From the NCBI GenBank assembly GCA_028826165.1, contig JAPDFW010000116.1, positions 113,392 to 177,391 of the forward strand: 64,000 nt of DNA, written 5' to 3'. Source of the DNA: Anaeramoeba ignava BMAN (taxonomy: Eukaryota > Protista > Anaeramoebae). The translations under genes were made by a program, and so were the position numbers. Positions 28,452-39,805 of this stretch are shown in pieces. Below the pieces are notes generated by a model. It searched no databases and was not told the origin of the DNA. It was given only the letters and a program-made list of their open reading frames with translations. Position 1 is the stretch's first letter; each line of letters opens with the position of its first letter.

Positions 28452-31400
28452 GGTTCCGTTTCCGGTTGTCTTGCCGGTCAAAAACAACAAAAAAAAAATA
28501 ATAGAAAAGAAAAATTTTTAAATTTCGATTTCAGTCCAAGAAAAAAAAAGGAAAATAGAAAAATTCAAGTTAGAAATTATTTTTTTTTTCGACTTTTTTT
28601 TGGCGGCTTGTTTTTTTCTTTTTGTTTTTTTTCTTTTTGTTTTTTTTCTTTTTGTTTTTTTTCTTTTTGTTTTTTTTCTTTTTGTTTTTTTTCTTTTTGT
28701 TTTTTTTCTTTTTGTTTTTTTTCTTTTTCTTTATTTTCTAAATTCATTTTTGTTTTTTCTTTATTTTCTAAATTCATTTTTGTTTTTTCTTTTCTTTTTT
28801 TGGAAATAAAGAAAGATGGAATTAATTTTCCGTCAGGATTTTCATCTAACAATAATTTTAAATCTTTGAATTTCATCAATTTTCTTTTTGAATTCTTTGC
28901 AAAAAGATAACATCTTAAAAGCAAATATCTTAATTGAATGATTGTTGTCTGATCTAAAAAATGAACAAGATCATAAACACTGATTTCAAATTCAGATAGA
29001 ACCCAGAGAAAAGCAAGAGTAAAGATTCCACACTGGCTGCCATCTTTTTGTATTGGAATTCGGATAATATCTTGAATTTCAAAAGATGTTTGAAGAAAAA
29101 AATCAAAGCAAAAGGAAAGCTGACTAGCATCAAGAAAAAATTGATTCCGTTGATAATTACCAAGAGAATTTAGAATACTTAAAGAATGTAATTGGAGATC
29201 GATATGATACAAAATAAAATGAGATTTTCTATAATATATGACATTGATATAGCGCGTTTTTTCTCTCTGAATTGTGTTGAAGAAATCATTAACTTCATTC
29301 AATTGGTCCCAAAGCTTGAAATTATGCCAAACTGGAGAAATAATAAGTAGTAAATTATTTTTGTTTTCTGACAAAGGATTAGAATCATTCTCGGGAATAG
29401 ATTGGATAAAACGATAATATTTTTCAATCTCTCCCATTTGTTCATGATTTTTTTCAAATTCTTGAAAAGAAGAAAGAAAATTTTCAGTTTTCTCAATTTT
29501 TTCAAAATTACTCCATAAATTCGTCCATTGAGTGAAAAGTTGGTCGGTAAATTGGTCGATAGAGCCCGAGGGAATATGCCAGCGATTTAATATTTCAATA
29601 ATCGGAAAAAGAGTATAGAAAACAAATTGGGTTTCGATAATTTGAGAACTTGGAGCCAAAAATTTAAATCCATTATAAATATCAGAATAATCCAACCAAC
29701 CGCGAATGTCCAAATTTTTTTGCCAGTCATCACTTGGAGTTATGTGAAATCGAAAAAGTTTTAGGCTGTGTTCTAAAATCTGTTCAATTGCAGTTTCAAC
29801 AACTTCTTTTTGAATTGAAGAAAATTTTCCTTCTGGTGTCTGCTCTTTCGTGATTTCAGGCAATCCCGATATTTCTTGAGAGTTGCACATTTCGATTATA
29901 TTTTGATTATCTTGTTGAGAATTTTCTATCAGATTGATAGATTTGGAATCGTCAAAATCTTTGCCTTGAAAAATATTTTTTTGGCTATTTTTGACAACAA
30001 TGGAAGGATTCAATACGTTTTGAGAAACTCGTTTTGTTGGTTGAGAAGATATCTTTCTTCTTTGGGGGAAATTCTTTTGAAGTTCCTTCATTTTTTTTTT
30101 CCATTCTCTCGTTTTTTGGTTATACAAGCGCATTTTCTCAAATTTTTTTTGTGCTTTTGGATCTCGATTCTGGTTTCTTAGGCTATTCTTTTGGATTTTG
30201 AGGTTATACAAACTTGCAACAATCCATAAACAAGCCTGATGTAAAATCAAATCGCATTGGACTTTAACTGAAGTAACACGGAATCTCTTGAGAACTGAAA
30301 ACACATTTTCTATTATTGATCTATATTGATTGATGATAGCATTTCTTTCTTTTTCTTGATCTGTAAAAACTCTTTTTTTACTATTTTTCAAAGGAACAAC
30401 TGCATACTCATGACTAAACGCTTTATCCCCGAGTACTCGATATTCTTTTAGTTGTTTACTCAGTCCTGATTCCTCCACCGCTCTGGAATCGCTCGTGGCT
30501 CCTGGAAATCCAGTTTCAAAGAATATTATTTTACCTAGATGATCGCACACAACAATACTCTTTATTGATGAGTAACCTCTTTTGATTGACCAAAATATGC
30601 TTTCCATTGCTTTTACTCGGGGCCGAGGGTGATCTGTTCCATCAATCACTCCGATAACATTTGGTAATTGCTTTTTTCTCCAATAAAGTTCATTTTTTAT
30701 AAGTTCTTGATTATTTGGCCAATTGATACAATCTTCTAATACTTCCTTAATAGCGGGAAGGATTTTTTTAAAGTATTTTGAAATTGTTCCTTTTGTTATT
30801 TTACAAAGTGCAGCAAGAAATTCAAATGGAAGAGCATATCTAAGGAAAATGAGTGCAAGCAAAATTCGATTGTTAAGATTCACTTTCTTTCCTTGTTTTC
30901 CCGGAGAATCCAGAAGATGATATTTTTGGATTTTTTCTGGTGGTAGTTTTCTGATCCGATCAAAAATTAAATCTAAATGAACTTTCTCTAATCCTGTGAA
31001 AATTGTTATCAATTTCTCATTTGGGTATATATACTCGAACAAATCAAATATTTGGCAACTTGTTTTTTGGTTTTCATTTGATTCCTTTTTTTCTTCTGGT
31101 TGAGGTTCTACATTATCTTTCATTTCAGATTCAGATTTCTGTGAGAATTCTTGATTGAGATTATGGTTTTCATTATTTGGAAAGAAAATTTTTAATTTCT
31201 CTAATTTATTTAAGATCCTTGTTAAAATTTTATCAGGAGATTCTTTTTCCTTTCCATATCTCTGCAATTTGTTAAGAGTTACTAAACGGATGCGGATGGT
31301 TTTGGATTTTTTTGACATTAAAAAAAAACAAAAAAGAAAAAAAATGAAAAAAAAAAAAAAAACAAAAAAGGATGTCACATTTGATATCAAAAAAAAAGAG

Positions 31401-31477
31401 AAATGGTGAGTGGTTTAAATAGGGATTTTATTATGTTGTCTTATTAAAATTGCGTTTTATCAACCGGAAACCGAACC
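28452..31477 (-). mobile_element. intact 3026-bp DNA transposon, PIF/Harbinger (IS5-like/PHIS) superfamily; 17-bp TIRs, 3-bp AAT target duplication
   Basis: Left TIR ggttccgtttccggttg (28452-28468) and right TIR caaccggaaaccgaacc (31461-31477) match 16/17; AAT at 28449-51 and 31478-80; the empty site is reconstructable from the satellite unit. Confidence 0.93.
28577..31318 (-). CDS. 913-aa transposase: RHH-like N-terminus, HTH_Tnp_4, DDE_Tnp_4 core, Ulp1/C48-like protease, KEKKQ tail
   Basis: RILLALIFLR..LPFEFLA (HTH); VIGVIDGT, GFPGATSD, VLGDKAF, RSIIENVFSVLKRF (DDE); SHFILYHID..ILNSLG..QKDGSQCGIF (protease). Confidence 0.9.
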   Translation of the reverse strand: MSKKSKTIRIRLVTLNKLQRYGKEKESPDKILTRILNKLEKLKIFFPNNENHNLNQEFSQKSESEMKDNVEPQPEEKKESNENQKTSCQIFDLFEYIYPNEKLITIFTGLEKVHLDLIFDRIRKLPPEKIQKYHLLDSPGKQGKKVNLNNRILLALIFLRYALPFEFLAALCKITKGTISKYFKKILPAIKEVLEDCINWPNNQELIKNELYWRKKQLPNVIGVIDGTDHPRPRVKAMESIFWSIKRGYSSIKSIVVCDHLGKIIFFETGFPGATSDSRAVEESGLSKQLKEYRVLGDKAFSHEYAVVPLKNSKKRVFTDQEKERNAIINQYRSIIENVFSVLKRFRVTSVKVQCDLILHQACLWIVASLYNLKIQKNSLRNQNRDPKAQKKFEKMRLYNQKTREWKKKMKELQKNFPQRRKISSQPTKRVSQNVLNPSIVVKNSQKNIFQGKDFDDSKSINLIENSQQDNQNIIEMCNSQEISGLPEITKEQTPEGKFSSIQKEVVETAIEQILEHSLKLFRFHITPSDDWQKNLDIRGWLDYSDIYNGFKFLAPSSQIIETQFVFYTLFPIIEILNRWHIPSGSIDQFTDQLFTQWTNLWSNFEKIEKTENFLSSFQEFEKNHEQMGEIEKYYRFIQSIPENDSNPLSENKNNLLLIISPVWHNFKLWDQLNEVNDFFNTIQREKTRYINVIYYRKSHFILYHIDLQLHSLSILNSLGNYQRNQFFLDASQLSFCFDFFLQTSFEIQDIIRIPIQKDGSQCGIFTLAFLWVLSEFEISVYDLVHFLDQTTIIQLRYLLLRCYLFAKNSKRKLMKFKDLKLLLDENPDGKLIPSFFISKKRKEKTKMNLENKEKTKMNLENKEKEKKQKEKKQKEKKQKEKKQKEKKQKEKKQKEKKQKEKNKPPKKSRKKK

Positions 31478-31947
31478 AATATAATTTAATATTTAATTTT
31501 ATGTTTAAAATAATAATTTATTGTTTTAGATTTAAATATTTTATTATTTAAAAATATTTTGAAAAATTGATTTTTTTGAAATTAAAATTTTATCTTTTTT
31601 TTTGAATTAAATTGAATTAATATTAATTTGGAAATTTGTTTTAAAATTTAAATTTATTAATAATTTTTAAATTCCAAAAAAAAAAATTAAATTAAAAATT
31701 AAATTAAAATAATTTTCCTTTTTTTTTAATAATAAAAAATAATAAAAAATAATAATAATTTATTAATAAATTAATTTAAAATAATAAATTAAAAAGAAAA
31801 TTAAATTAATTATTAATTTAAATTTATTCTCATTTTTTATATTTTTATTTATTTTCAAAATCCACTTTTTATTCATTTTTGCTTTTTTTCTTTCATTTTT
31901 TTCCTTTTTTTAAAAACAAAAAACAAAAAACAAAAACCAAAAACAAA

Positions 31948-34900
31948 ATGGATAATAATAATAATAATAATAACCAAATTCAAAATGCAAATCAAAATGA
32001 AAATGAAAATGAAATGAAAAATTTAGAAAAAAAAGTAACAAAAAATTTAATTAAAGATTATTCAAACCTTTTAAATAGAAATTCATTTAAAGATTTTTCA
32101 ATTTTTGTTGAGAATAAATCAAATCCTTTTGAAATTAAAGTTCATAAATCAATTTTATCTTCAAGATCTCCTTTTTTTAATGAGTTTTTAAAAGGGCAAA
32201 ATGAGATTGATAAAATTTTTTTAAATCAATTTAATAAAAAAGAAATGGAATCAATTTTGAGTTATATTTATCATGGAAATATTTCTTTTGAGAATCAAGA
32301 AAATCTTATCCAATTAATGGAAATTTCAATTTATTTTAAATTAAATTTATTGAAAGAAATTATTCAAAAAAAAATTTTAAATTCAATTAATTATTCAAAT
32401 TTTTTCCAATTTTTATTCCAAAATCGAAATTTAAATTCAAATGAAATTGAAATAAAATGTTTTGAATTAATAAATCAAAATTTTTCCCAAATTCAAAATA
32501 ATGAAAATTTATTCAATTTAACTAAAGAAGAAATTATCAAATTTATTCAATTTAAACAAGAAAAAAAAGAAATTTTTCAATTTGATTTTTTTCAATTTTT
32601 AAATAATTGGATTAAAAAAAGAAATCAAAGATTAAAATTAAAGAAATCTAAGCACAAAATGAATGAAAAGAAAAGATTATTTCATTCTTTTTTTTCATTA
32701 TTTGATAAAGATTCAATTTCAAAACAAGATTTTGATAAATTAAAACAATTTGATATTTTTCTTCCAAATTCTTTTTTAATTCATTTTGAAAGAACTATTT
32801 TTGAAATTCAAGATCAAGAAAATCAAACAAAAATCAAAGAAAAAGAAAAGAAAATTCAAGAAAATGAAAAGAAAATTAAAGAAAAAGAAAAGAAAATTAA
32901 AAGAAGAGATAAAAGAATTAAAGAAAAAGATAAAAAAATTAAATCATTTGAATCTGAAACTCAAAATCTGAAATCTGAATTTGAAAAAGAAATTGAAAAG
33001 AAAGATAAAATTCTCAAACAAAAAGATGAAGAAATTCAAAATCTTAAATTATCATTTGAGAAAGAAAAAATAAAAGAAATTCATAATCAAAATCAAAATG
33101 CAAATAAATTATTGAAGATTTTTCCTCAATTTTCAAATTCAGAAATTATTAAAGATATTGAATATGTTAAGAAATTACAAGAATGGATAAATGATAATGA
33201 TTTTTTTTATAAAATGAAAAAAGGATTTTCAGCAAAAAGAGATGGATTTAATTCCCAAAATTGGCATAAAGCAGTTGATAATAAAGGAAAAACATTAGTT
33301 ATTATCAAAACAAAAGATAATTTTATTTTTGGAGGTTTTACTCAAGTTGGATGGACAAATGATAAATCAAAATGGATAGAAGAAGATAGAAATGAGGATT
33401 ATGGATATATTATTGATCCAAATGCATTTATTTTTTCATTAAGAAATAATAAAGGAGATAGAATACCAGAAAAGTTTACAATTCAAAAAGGTGAAGAAAA
33501 ATATGCAATTTTTTATCATTTAAATTATGGTCCAGTTTTTGGAAGTAAATATAAATAATTTATATTTAATAAATATTTATTATTATAATTAAAATTAAAT
33601 TAATAAATAATCTAAAATATTAATATAATAAATAATATTATTATTTCAATTTAAAATAAAATCAATTTTAAATTAAATTATTATTAATTATTATTAAAAT
33701 TAATTATTTATTTTTATTAAAATAGTTGGTAAATAAATTATATTTAATAAATATTTATTATTATAATTAAAATTAAAATTAATAAATAATCCAAAATATT
33801 AATATAATAAATAATAATATTATTTCAATTTAAAATAAAATTAATTTTAAATTAAATTATTATTAATTATTATTAAAATTAATTATTTATCTTTATTAAA
33901 ATAGCTGGTAAATAATTTATATTTAATAAATATTTATTATTATAATTATAATTAAATTAATAAATAATCCAAAAATATTAATATAATAAATAATAATATT
34001 ATTTAAATTTAAAATAAAATTAATTTAAATTAAATTATTATTAATTATTATTAAAATTAATTATTTATCTTTATTAAAATAGGTTGTAAATAATTTATAT
34101 TTAATAAATATTTATTATTATAATTAAAATTAAATTAATAAATAATCCAAAAATATTAATATAATAAATAATAATATTATTTAAATTTAAAATAAAAATA
34201 ATTTTAAATTAAATTATTATTAATTATTATTAAAATTATTTATTTATCTTTATTAAAATAGTTAGTAAATAATTTATATTTAATAAATATTTATTATTAT
34301 AATTAAAATTAAATTAATAAATAATTCAAAATATTAATATAATAAATATTATTATTATTTCAATTTAAAATAAAAATTAAATTTTAAATTAAATTATTAT
34401 TAATTATTATTAAAATTAATTATTTATCTTTATTAAAATAGATGGTAAATAATTTATATTTAATAAATATTTATAATTATAATTAAAATTAAATTAATAA
34501 ATAATCCAAAAATATTAATATAATAAATATTATTATTATTATTTCAATTTAAAATAAAATTAATTTTAAATTAAATCATTATTAATTATTATTAAAATTA
34601 ATTATTTATCTTTATTAAAATAGATGGTAAATAATTTATATTTAATAAATATTTATTATTATAATTAAAATTAAATTAATAAATAATCCAAAATATTAAT
34701 ATAATAAATAATATCATTATTTCAATTTAAAATAAAATTAATTTAAATTAAAATATTATTAATTATTATTAAAATTAATTATTTATATTTATTAAAATAT
34801 TTATAGCTGATGTTTTCTTAAATTCTAAATTACAACCTGGTCGTTCAAATTTTGGTCATAGTTATAATCTACCTAATGGAATTAAAAAATACACAAATGA

Positions 34901-34970
34901 AGCTAAAAGTTATTTAGCTGGTTCTTATGATAAATGGGTTGTTGATGAACTTGAGACTTATTTTATTTAA
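31948..34970 (+). CDS. BTB - coiled-coil - TLDc protein, paralogue 2 (exon 31948-33544; six candidate 3-nt micro-exons; last exon 34807-34970)
   Basis: Near-identical to paralogue 1, intact ORF, same BTB and TLDc motifs. Confidence 0.92.
33545..34806 (+). repeat. tandem array of 7 complete GT..AG introns (~180 nt) separated by 3-nt spacers TTG, CTG, GTT, TTA, ATG, ATG
   Basis: AG|NNN|GT junctions at 33726-28, 33905-07, 34083-85, 34262-64, 34442-44 and 34624-26. Confidence 0.92.
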
Positions 34971-35309
34971 AAACTTTTTTTTCATTTTTTTTTCAAAATT
35001 CAATTCAATTTTCATTTACTTTCAATCAAATTAAATTCTTTAAATCAATAAATAAGAAACAAATTTAATTTTAAACAATTTAATTTTAATTTAAAAATAT
35101 TATTAAAAAGAAGATTAAATTGAAAAAAAGAAAAATCAAAAAAATAAAAAAATTGAAAACAGAAATTAATAATAATTAAATGAAACTATTTTGTAAAATA
35201 TAAAAAAGGAAGAAAATGAATTATAATTTATTATTAATTATTATTAAAATTAATTATTTATCTTTAATAAAATAGTTGAATTTTAATTTCAATTTAATTT
35301 AAATATTGG

Positions 35310-38125
35310 GAATTGATTTAATTTAATATTTATTTTATAAATTAATTTAAAAATATAATTTAATATTTAATTTTATTATTAAAATAATAATTTTAATGTT
35401 TTAGATTTAAATATTTTATTATTTAAATATTTAACATAAAAATATAAAAAAATTAGAATAGCTTTGATTTAATATTTAATTTATAAATTAATTTAAAAAT
35501 ATAATTTAATATTTAATTTTATTATTAAAATAATAATTTATTGTTTTTAGATTTAAATATTTTATTATTTAAATATTTAACATATAAATATAAAAATGAG
35601 AATAGATTTAATTTAATATTCAATTTATAAATTAATTTAAAAATATAATTTAATATTTATTTTTATTATTAAAATAATAATTTTAATGTTTTAGATTTAA
35701 ATATTTTATTATTTAAATATTTAACATATAAATATAAAAATGAAACTAGATTTAATTTAATACTTAATTTATAAATTAATTTAAAAATATAATTTAATAC
35801 TTATTTTTATGTTTAAAATAATAATTTAATGTTTTAGATTTAAATATTTTATTATTTAAATATTTAACATAAAAATATAAAAATGAAAATAGATTTAATT
35901 TAATATTCAATTTATAAATTAATTTAAAAATATAATTTAATACTTAATTTTATGTTTAAAAATAATAATTTAATGTTTTAGATTTAAATATTTTATTATT
36001 TAAATATTTAGCATATAAATATAAAAATAAGAATATATTTAATTTAATATTTAATTTATAAATTAATTTAAAAATATAATTTAATATTTAATTTTATGTT
36101 TTAAAATAATAATTTAATGTTTTAGATTTAAATATTTTATTATTTAAATATTTAGCATAAAAATATAAAAATGAGAATAGATTTAATTTAATATTCAATT
36201 TATAATTTAATTTAAAAATATAATTTAATATTTAATTTTATGTTTAAAATAATAATTTAATGTTTTAGATTTAAATATTTTATTATTTAAATATTTAGCA
36301 TAAAAATATAAAAATAAGAATAGATTTAATTTAATATTTGATTAATAAATTAATTTAAAAATATAATTTAGTATTTAATTTTATTATTAAAATAATAATT
36401 TATTGTTTTAGATTTAAATATTTTATTATTTAAATATTTAACATATAAATATAAAAATAAGAATAGATTTAATTTAATATTTAATTTATAAATTAATTTA
36501 AAAATATAATTTAATACTTAATTTTATTATTAAAATAATAATTTATTGTTTTAGATTTAAATATTTTATTATTTAAATATTTAACATAAAAATATAAAAA
36601 AATAAGAATATATTTGATTTAATATTTAATTTATAAATTAATTTAAAAAATATAATTTAATATTTAATTTTATTATTAAAATAATAATTTAATGTTTTAG
36701 ATTTAAATATTTTATTATTTAAATATTTAGCATATAAATATAAAAATGAAAATAGATTTAATTTAATATTTAATTTATAAATTAATTTAAAAAATATAAT
36801 TTAATACTTAATTTTATTATTAAAATAATAATTTATTGTTTTAGATTTTAAATATTTTATTATTTAAATATTTAGCATAAAAATATAAAAATGAAAATAG
36901 ATTTAATTTAATATTTAATTTATAAATTAATTTAAAAATATAATTTAATATTTAATTTTTATTATTAAAATAATAATTTATTGTTTTAGATTTAAATATT
37001 TTATTATTTAAATATTTAGCATATAAATATAAAAATGAGAATAGATTTAATTTAATACTCAATTTATAAATTAATTTAAAAATATAATTTAATATTTAAT
37101 TTTATTATTAAAATAATAATTTATTGTTTTAGATTTAAATATTTTATTATTTAAATATTTAGCATATAAATATAAAAATGAAAATAGATTTAATTTAATA
37201 TTTAATTTATAAATTAATTTAAAAATATAATTTAATATTTAATTTTATTATTAAAATAATAATTTAATGTTTTAGATTTAAATATTTTATTATTTAAATA
37301 TTAAACATATAAATATAAAAACAAAAATAGATTTAATTTAATATTTAATTTATAAATTAATTTAAAAATATAATTTTAATATTTAATTTTTATGTTTAAA
37401 ATAATAATTTTAATGTTTTAGATTTAAATATTTTATTATTTAAATATTAAACATATAAATATAAAAACAAAAATAGATTTAATTTAATATTTAATTTATA
37501 AATTAATTTAAAAATATAATTTTAATATTTAATTTTTATGTTTAAAATAATAATTTTAATGTTTTAGATTTAAATATTTTATTATTTAAATATTTAACAT
37601 AAAAATATAAAAATAAGAATAGATTTAATTTAATATTTAATTTATAAATTAATTTAAAAATATAATTTAATATTTAATTTTATTATTAAAATAATAATTT
37701 ATTGTTTTAGATTTAAATATTTTATTATTTAAATATTAAAACATATAAATATAAAAATAAGAATAGATTTAATTTAATATTTAATTTATAAATTAATTTA
37801 AAAATATAATTTAGTATTTAATTTTATTATTAAAATAATAATTTATTGTTTTAGATTTAAATATTTTATTATTTAAATATTTTACATAAAAATATAAAAA
37901 ATGAAAATAGATTTAATTTAATATTTAATTTATAAATTAATTTAAAAATATAATTTAATATTTAATTTTATTATTAAAATAATAATTTAATGTTTTAGAT
38001 TTAAATATTTTATTATTTAAATATTTTAACATATAAATATAAAAAATAAGAATAGATTTAATTTAATATTTAATTTATAAATTAATTTAAAAATATAATT
38101 TAGTATTTAATTTTATGTTTAAAAT
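35310..38125. repeat. ~143-bp satellite array 3 (~19-20 copies)
   Basis: Same unit as arrays 1 and 2. Confidence 0.92.
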
Positions 38126-38185
38126 ATAATTTTAATATTTTAAAAATGAAAATCATTTTTTCATTTTTTTCTTTGATATTTTTAA

Positions 38186-39648
38186 ATGTTAATTGAAATT
38201 AAAATTGGAAATGAAAATGAAAATGAAAATGAAAATGAAATATCAAAACTCACATTTACAACTCAAAGTTTTAATAAAAAATTTTGTTATTTAGAAGAAA
38301 AAGAAGAAAAAAAAGAAAAGAATAAAAACGAAATGAGAGAAGAAACAATATTTTCTGAATTACCTGATGAAAGTAAAATTTTAAAATTTAAAATTTTAAA
38401 ATTAAAATTAATTTAAAAAATTTCTTTCTTAAAAAGTGGTTCTTGAAATATTTACTCATTTAGATCCAGCTTCTTTATTTAAATGTTCACTTGTTTGTCA
38501 AAGATTTAATTTATTATCAAATGATAACTTGATTTGGAGGAATATTCTTGAAAAAAATACAAACATTTTTGATTTTAAAAAAATTGAATTTGATCCATTT
38601 TATTATCGATTTCAAATCAAAGAAGAAATTGGGATTAAAAATTATTTCCAAGCAAAAGAAGAAGAGAAAAGAATTGGAATTGAAGAGGATATTTTAGATC
38701 AAATACAAAATCAACCAAAAGAATTGATGAAGAAACAAATTTTAATTTTAAGGGAAATTATCAAGAAAATAAAAAGCGAAAGAAAAAATCAATCAAGAAA
38801 ATCAACATTGCAAAACTTTGTTGAAAAATACTTTCTAAAAGTGATTTTATTCTCAACAATTTTAGGCATTCATTTCCTTCCCAATCTTTTAGCTTGTTTA
38901 AGAGCTGACGAAATAATCAAAGGCTCTTGGTTTTTTGTATTTATTCCTTTATACATTTCAATTACGTTATTTTCAATTTTTTCGGATCTTGAAATTTTTC
39001 TTTCTCGAAGTTTTCATGATTCGGATTTTTTACTTTATGTTGGAATTGGGGTTTCTGGCTGGTTTTTATTGATATTCTTCATTATTTTACCCTTAAAATT
39101 GGATAATTCTGTTGATTCACCTTTGATTCTTTTTTTGATTCCTTTTTTCCTTTTTTCAATTATTATGATTTACTTCATTGTTTTATTTTTCAAGAAATTA
39201 AAAAGTAATTTTTCTTTTTGGAACTAAATTTTTTCTTTTTGAAACTAAATTCTTTTTTTCTTTAATAGATCCCAGTGATTTTTGGTTCTATTTAGCTGTT
39301 TGGGGTGCTATTGCTTTGGGAATTTTGTGTTTGGATATTTTCCTCATTTTAACTTCAATCAAAATTGATTATAATTCATCAATTAAATGGGAAATTGTTT
39401 TTATTCCTTTATTTGCTTTTTTTTTCATTTTCTTAATTGCTTTTATTGTTATTTTTTTTCTTCCAAAAGCAGAATCTGGAGCTTTTTTTTTTGTACTTGT
39501 TTGTGGAGTTTTAATTTTAACTTCTGAAATTATGACTCTTACAAATTTACTTTCCAAAACTTCAATTTTTTGGATTTATATTTATCTTCCCATTTTGATT
39601 CCTTCTTTCGTTTTGGTTTGTGCTTCAATAATTATTTCTTTCAGATAA
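38186..39648 (+). CDS. F-box protein with a multi-pass TMEM185/TMEM203-like membrane region (introns 38373-38436 and 39205-39268)
   Basis: Spliced FSELPDEMVLEIFTHL...SLVCQRF..LSND..IWR (F-box); repeated W..VFIPL and LKLD / IKID TM units. Confidence 0.8.
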
Positions 39649-39805
39649 ATTATTTTTAAAAATTAATAAATTATTCATAATTTTTTTTTAAAAAAAGGAA
39701 AATATATTTTTTTGTAAATGATTTCTTTACGAATAAAAAAAAGAATCAAATTTAATTATATTTTGTAGAAGAAGAAGAAAAAAGAAGAGAAAAGGAAAAT
39801 ACAGT

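Larger units (their letters stand above)
27835..31553. repeat. ~143-bp satellite array 2 (~5 copies), interrupted by the transposon at 28452-31477
   Basis: Same unit as array 1; the unit aatttaaaaatataattt is split by the element and resumes at 31478. Confidence 0.88.

Noticed and set aside
28600-31409. Second (Myb/SANT or YqaJ-like) transposon ORF on the + strand
   Set aside because: The + strand ORFs are short antisense shadows with no recognizable motifs; the transposase fills almost the whole element
33545-34806. CRISPR array
   Set aside because: Repeats are ~180 nt with splice signals, spacers are 3 nt, there are no cas genes and the context is eukaryotic; the resemblance is architectural only
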